Of a DNA stretch of 64,000 bases, positions 60,434 through 64,000 are shown one piece after another. How positions within the stretch are numbered: the first letter of the stretch is position 1; each line of letters opens with the position of its first letter. The translations under genes and the position numbers were made by a program. The notes below the pieces were generated by a model. It was not told the origin of the DNA, ran no database searches, and worked only from the letters and a program-made list of their open reading frames with translations. The DNA is from Oopsacas minuta (taxonomy: Eukaryota > Animalia > Porifera), in assembly GCA_024704765.1 (NCBI GenBank), contig JAKMXF010000329.1, forward strand, positions 243,450 through 307,449. Direction: 5' to 3'.

Positions 60434-61743
60434 CGAGGGGCACTCAATAAGTTTTGAGCCTGACTATGTTGCGAGCTCTTATATAAGTAAACCATTACTT
60501 CTTTCGAATAAACATGGGATGAATGTACTTCGCTGAAAATCTTGTAACTTTATCTTGTATACTTTTCAGATAGCAGTAGTTTTATTATCTATGGATTCCT
60601 TAGTTACCAAATCCTCAATACAGTTATCAAGGCGTGATATTCGTGCAATAATACTTTTTCAGTTCCAACTTTTGTAAACAATAAAAGAATGTCACGAAAA
60701 TTTCTGCACAGCCTTTCCAAATAACAAGGTATCTGCGGCAACAGTGAAAATATGGTACAGAGAATTTAAGTATGGGAATTTTCATCTTGAAGACCAACAC
60801 CGCCCTGGAACACACCCAAACACTATTACAGAGGGAATTGTTGAGTCAATTAAGGACATGGTGATAGCAGATATAAATGTTACACATGAGAGGATTCAGC
60901 ACGAAATTGGCATTTCATCCGGGGCAGTGCACACCGTTTTACACCAATCCCTTCAGCTATGTAAACTTTGTGCCCGTTGGATCCCACATCAGCTTTATCC
61001 TGAGCAAAAGCAGAATCGAGTGAAATGATACCATGAAATGCTTAAAAAATTCAACAATGGCAACAGTAGAGATGTTTCCAAGATAATAACTGGTGATGAA
61101 ACATGGATCTATCACTATGATACAGAAACAAAACAGCAGAGCCGTCAATGGTGTGAAATTGGAGAAGGTCCCCCAACAAAGGTTCGCAGAACTCAGTACA
61201 CTAAGAAACAAATGTATGCTTTTGTTAATACAACGGGTGTTAAAACTGTTGTACCTCTTGAACCTGGTAAGACAATTAATTCAACCTGGCATTCAGAGAA
61301 TTGTTTGCCTCTAGTCATAAAAGCAATAAATTTACAGTGTACTGGCACAGGATTAAGGGGAACTTTTTTGCACCATGATAATGCTCGTTCTCATACATCA
61401 AAAATGACAAGACAATTCATTGAAGAATCAGGACTACATATTTTGTCACACCCCCCTTATTCTCCAGATCTAGCACCCTGCCACTTCTGGCTCTTCCCTA
61501 GAATACAAAAATACCTTAAAGGCAGAAATTTTTCATCGAATTCTGAACTTGAGGGGGCGCTCAGAGAAGTGATCGGAGACATCAACGAAAACGAATTTCA
61601 AGAAGCTATTCAAGCTTGGTTTAAACGAATGAACAAATGTATTCAAGCTAAGGGATGCTATTTCAAACAATTATAGTAAAAATAAATATAGATTGATGCT
61701 TCTTGATACTTAGGCTCAAAGAAAAGTTATTGAGTACCCCTCG
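60434..61743 (+). mobile_element. Mariner (DD34D) transposon, full length, inactivated
   Basis: TIRs CGAGGGGCACTCAATAA...TTTGAGCCT / AGGCTCAAA...TTATTGAGTACCCCTCG; single frame 60591-61676 with two premature stops; ITGDETW, HHDNARSH, HPPYSPDLAPCH (third D changed to H). Confidence 0.93.
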
Positions 61744-61892
61744 TATTTGATTTGGAATTGCTACTTGCGAATCAAAATCTTACGCAACAGCTCTCATGGT
61801 TTGTATCAGCTTCCGCCGGCAATGGTTAAGTGTTGATATATTTCAAGTTTATGTATCCTCAAACAAATAGTTTTATTTGTATAATCTAAAAT

Positions 61893-62060
61893 ATGGACAA
61901 AATGGGAAAGCATACTACAGGAGAGATGATTGCTTCGAATTATTGGTGAACATGTATGAAGGACGTCCTTCTCTCTATAACAGAAAACACCCCTATTATT
62001 TCAATCGAGAAAAGAGAAACAAGGGTCTTTCTGATATTGTCAAGTTAATTGGAACCACAG
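61893..62060 (+). pseudogene. MADF (Myb/SANT-like) domain exon fragment
   Basis: LLVNMYEGRPSLYNRKHPYYFNREKRNKGLSDIVKLIGTT followed by G|GTAATT donor; frameshift near the start. Confidence 0.55.
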
Positions 62061-62384
62061 GTAATTTAAAAATTTATCTTTAAAGCGTAAGGCCGGCAAA
62101 ATTTATAGGAAATGGTCAGACAAATCCGTAATAAACTGTGATTTGCGCTGTATACCCTCCCGATTGGACATTTTCAAGTGTCACCCTGACTTTGTTACAT
62201 TCGTAACAGTTATCGGTTAATATTAATATCTATCTACTGAACAAGATGCTAACATAATAGATACCATATTACAGATGCTGAAATCAAGAATATAATAAAA
62301 AGGACTCCGCACCCAATTTACAAGGCAAAATACAGAAATTTGTCAAAGTAAGAACAGGATCAGGCGGGTACGAAGTATATGTAT

Positions 62385-63868
62385 TAGGCCGGATCGAGAA
62401 AAGTATAAATCGTTGGTTCAATTTCTACCTAAGGGAAAAGTTGCCTCTACCATTTTCTAGGAAAATGCGAGACTTAAATTTGAAAAATATTTCGATTTGA
62501 CCTTTGCGGTTTTATATTTTGCTGTGTCACTTCGCAAAATTGATTTTATATTGTCCGAATTTTCAAATTCCTTTGACTTAGCCCCTTTATATATATTATT
62601 TAGTAATATTAAGTCGCATATTTGCTATTGAATGGTGTATTAATCGAATTTCTATGTCCAAGGATACTCAAGTTATCAAGATCATTTTTACATATTCTAT
62701 CATACCCTAATAACATTACCCACCCCCCCTTGTTTTCCGATTATTTGAAAATTCTATATTCTTAGTAAAACTAGCTATATAATCACCAAACTTAGTGCAT
62801 TTGTGTATCTAGATCCAATTTCATCAATAGGTTACCACAAAGAAATTTTACCAGCATTCCTTATCTCTTGTTCTTAACTTAGTTACCATTTATCTAGCAT
62901 GGAATTTATGGTCAATTATAGTATCTATATCAATACTCGATCAAATCATTCATATTATTGAGTGATTATATTCCTAAAATGTATTTATTTTTGAAATGGC
63001 AGAAAACACACGTAGTAAAGCATTTCATCCTATTTTTGGCTATCCAAGACCTATTCCAGAAATTAACTTCCAACAAAACTAGATATATATAATCATTATA
63101 GAATGCTTAGAAATGAAGATTCTAAATCAACTAGAGATGATATAGCGAAAGAACTAACTGAAGTATTAGTGCGTATCTATAATTTGGCTTCCATACCCAC
63201 TAGATCAGAACTCAAAATAAAACAGTACATCAATTCTGGTATTATTGAGAGAGCTAAATACTACGGAAAAAGTATCCAAAACAAGCAACAACCTCACCGT
63301 ATACAGCCTATTATTTCCGAATTCAATGTCTTGTGCGATGTCTCAGGTGCAAATGCCTAATTCAGGAAGGTAAATGTTTTTGCTCAATCGATAAAAGATA
63401 CCACGCCGCGCCGTGAGTGCCCATTTCTCTTTGATCAGCGAAACGCTCGAAAATTATTCATATCCAGCTTGGATTGCATGACAACCTCTAAAAATATTGT
63501 TAAACAAAAAAGAAAAGAGGCACAATATGAAAGAAAAGAAAGAGAAATGAAGAGATTACATACTGTTCAACCTTCGCAAGAATTTATAGAATATGTCTTT
63601 GAAGAATTTGATCTTTTGACTCGAGCATATCTAATACTCACAAGTATACACGTAATCATAATCAATTACGAAATTTAGCCATAATGTGTGATAGATATCA
63701 AATTAGCGATCGGGCAGGCCAGCTATAGCTAACGCAGTACTGCAGGATTACGGTATTATCACACCGGAAGAAGATAGTCAAATTATTGATAGAAACAAAC
63801 TCCGTAGATCTAGATTCTCTGTGAGAAAGGAATTGACTAATGAGGCTCACGAAACTATCAATGATATC
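62385..63868 (+). mobile_element. 5' half of a hATm-like transposon, cut by a MULE insertion
   Basis: Possible TAGGCCGG terminus at 62385; broken ORF from 62996 MAENTRSK..HPIFG.P...LPT...LAIMCDRYQISDRAG.AIANAVLQDYGII...IIDRNKLRR; subfamily name is from recall of that motif. Confidence 0.55.
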
Positions 63869-64000
63869 GGATACCGACAAAACGTTCCACGACAAAATGT
63901 TCCACGACAAAATGTTCCAGCGACAAAACGTTCCACGACATTTCGCTCCACTTTTGATTGGTCAATTTTTTTTGTTAATAATTTAACAGGTTTTAAATGG
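63869..64000 (+). mobile_element. Left TIR of a second copy of MULE family C (runs off the window)
   Basis: GGATACCGACAAAACGTTCC, extra CGACAAAA(C/T)GTTCC units, then CGACATTTCGCTCCACTTTTGATTGGTCAATTTTTTTTGTTAATAATTTAACAGG, matching 13790-13879 reversed. Confidence 0.92.

Noticed and set aside
63869-63950. CRISPR-like array
   Set aside because: The units are contiguous 15-17-bp tandem motifs without unique spacers, lie inside a MULE TIR, and no cas genes are present.
1-64000. Prokaryotic or phage origin, rRNA or tRNA genes
   Set aside because: No operon structure; eukaryote-specific TE families, GT-AG introns and a gamma-TuRC gene are present; no rRNA or cloverleaf sequence recognised.

Overview
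AT-rich eukaryotic (animal-like; a sponge is plausible but cannot be proven from sequence alone) genomic window that is almost entirely a stack of nested, mostly decayed DNA transposons. One intact host gene is visible: a gamma-tubulin complex component (Spc97/Spc98 family, GCP5-like) at 35683-37893 (-). Recognisable elements: three mariner (DD34D) copies, a DD37E Tc1-like element, a young maT (DD37D) element, a pogo/Tigger remnant, two THAP-domain P-element-like transposons (one inside the other), FLYWCH-MULEs, several hAT elements with clean 8-bp TSDs, a Chapaev3-like element, a Helitron helicase fragment, Transib-like ends plus a Transib/RAG1-like transposase remnant, and faint LINE fragments. 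The most unusual items: (1) a degraded, intron-containing, zinc-finger tyrosine-recombinase (Crypton-like) gene at 2702-4723 (-), absent from the ORF track as such, whose promoter and first exon form a ~390-bp-arm head-to-head palindrome; (2) a MULE whose transposase ends in a RING finger that is copied into its long TIR; (3) a 700-bp apparently identical inverted repeat with diverged Transib-like termini, flanking a RAG1/Transib-like remnant. All family calls come from hand translation and motif recognition; no database search was run. Boundaries without a TSD are approximate.
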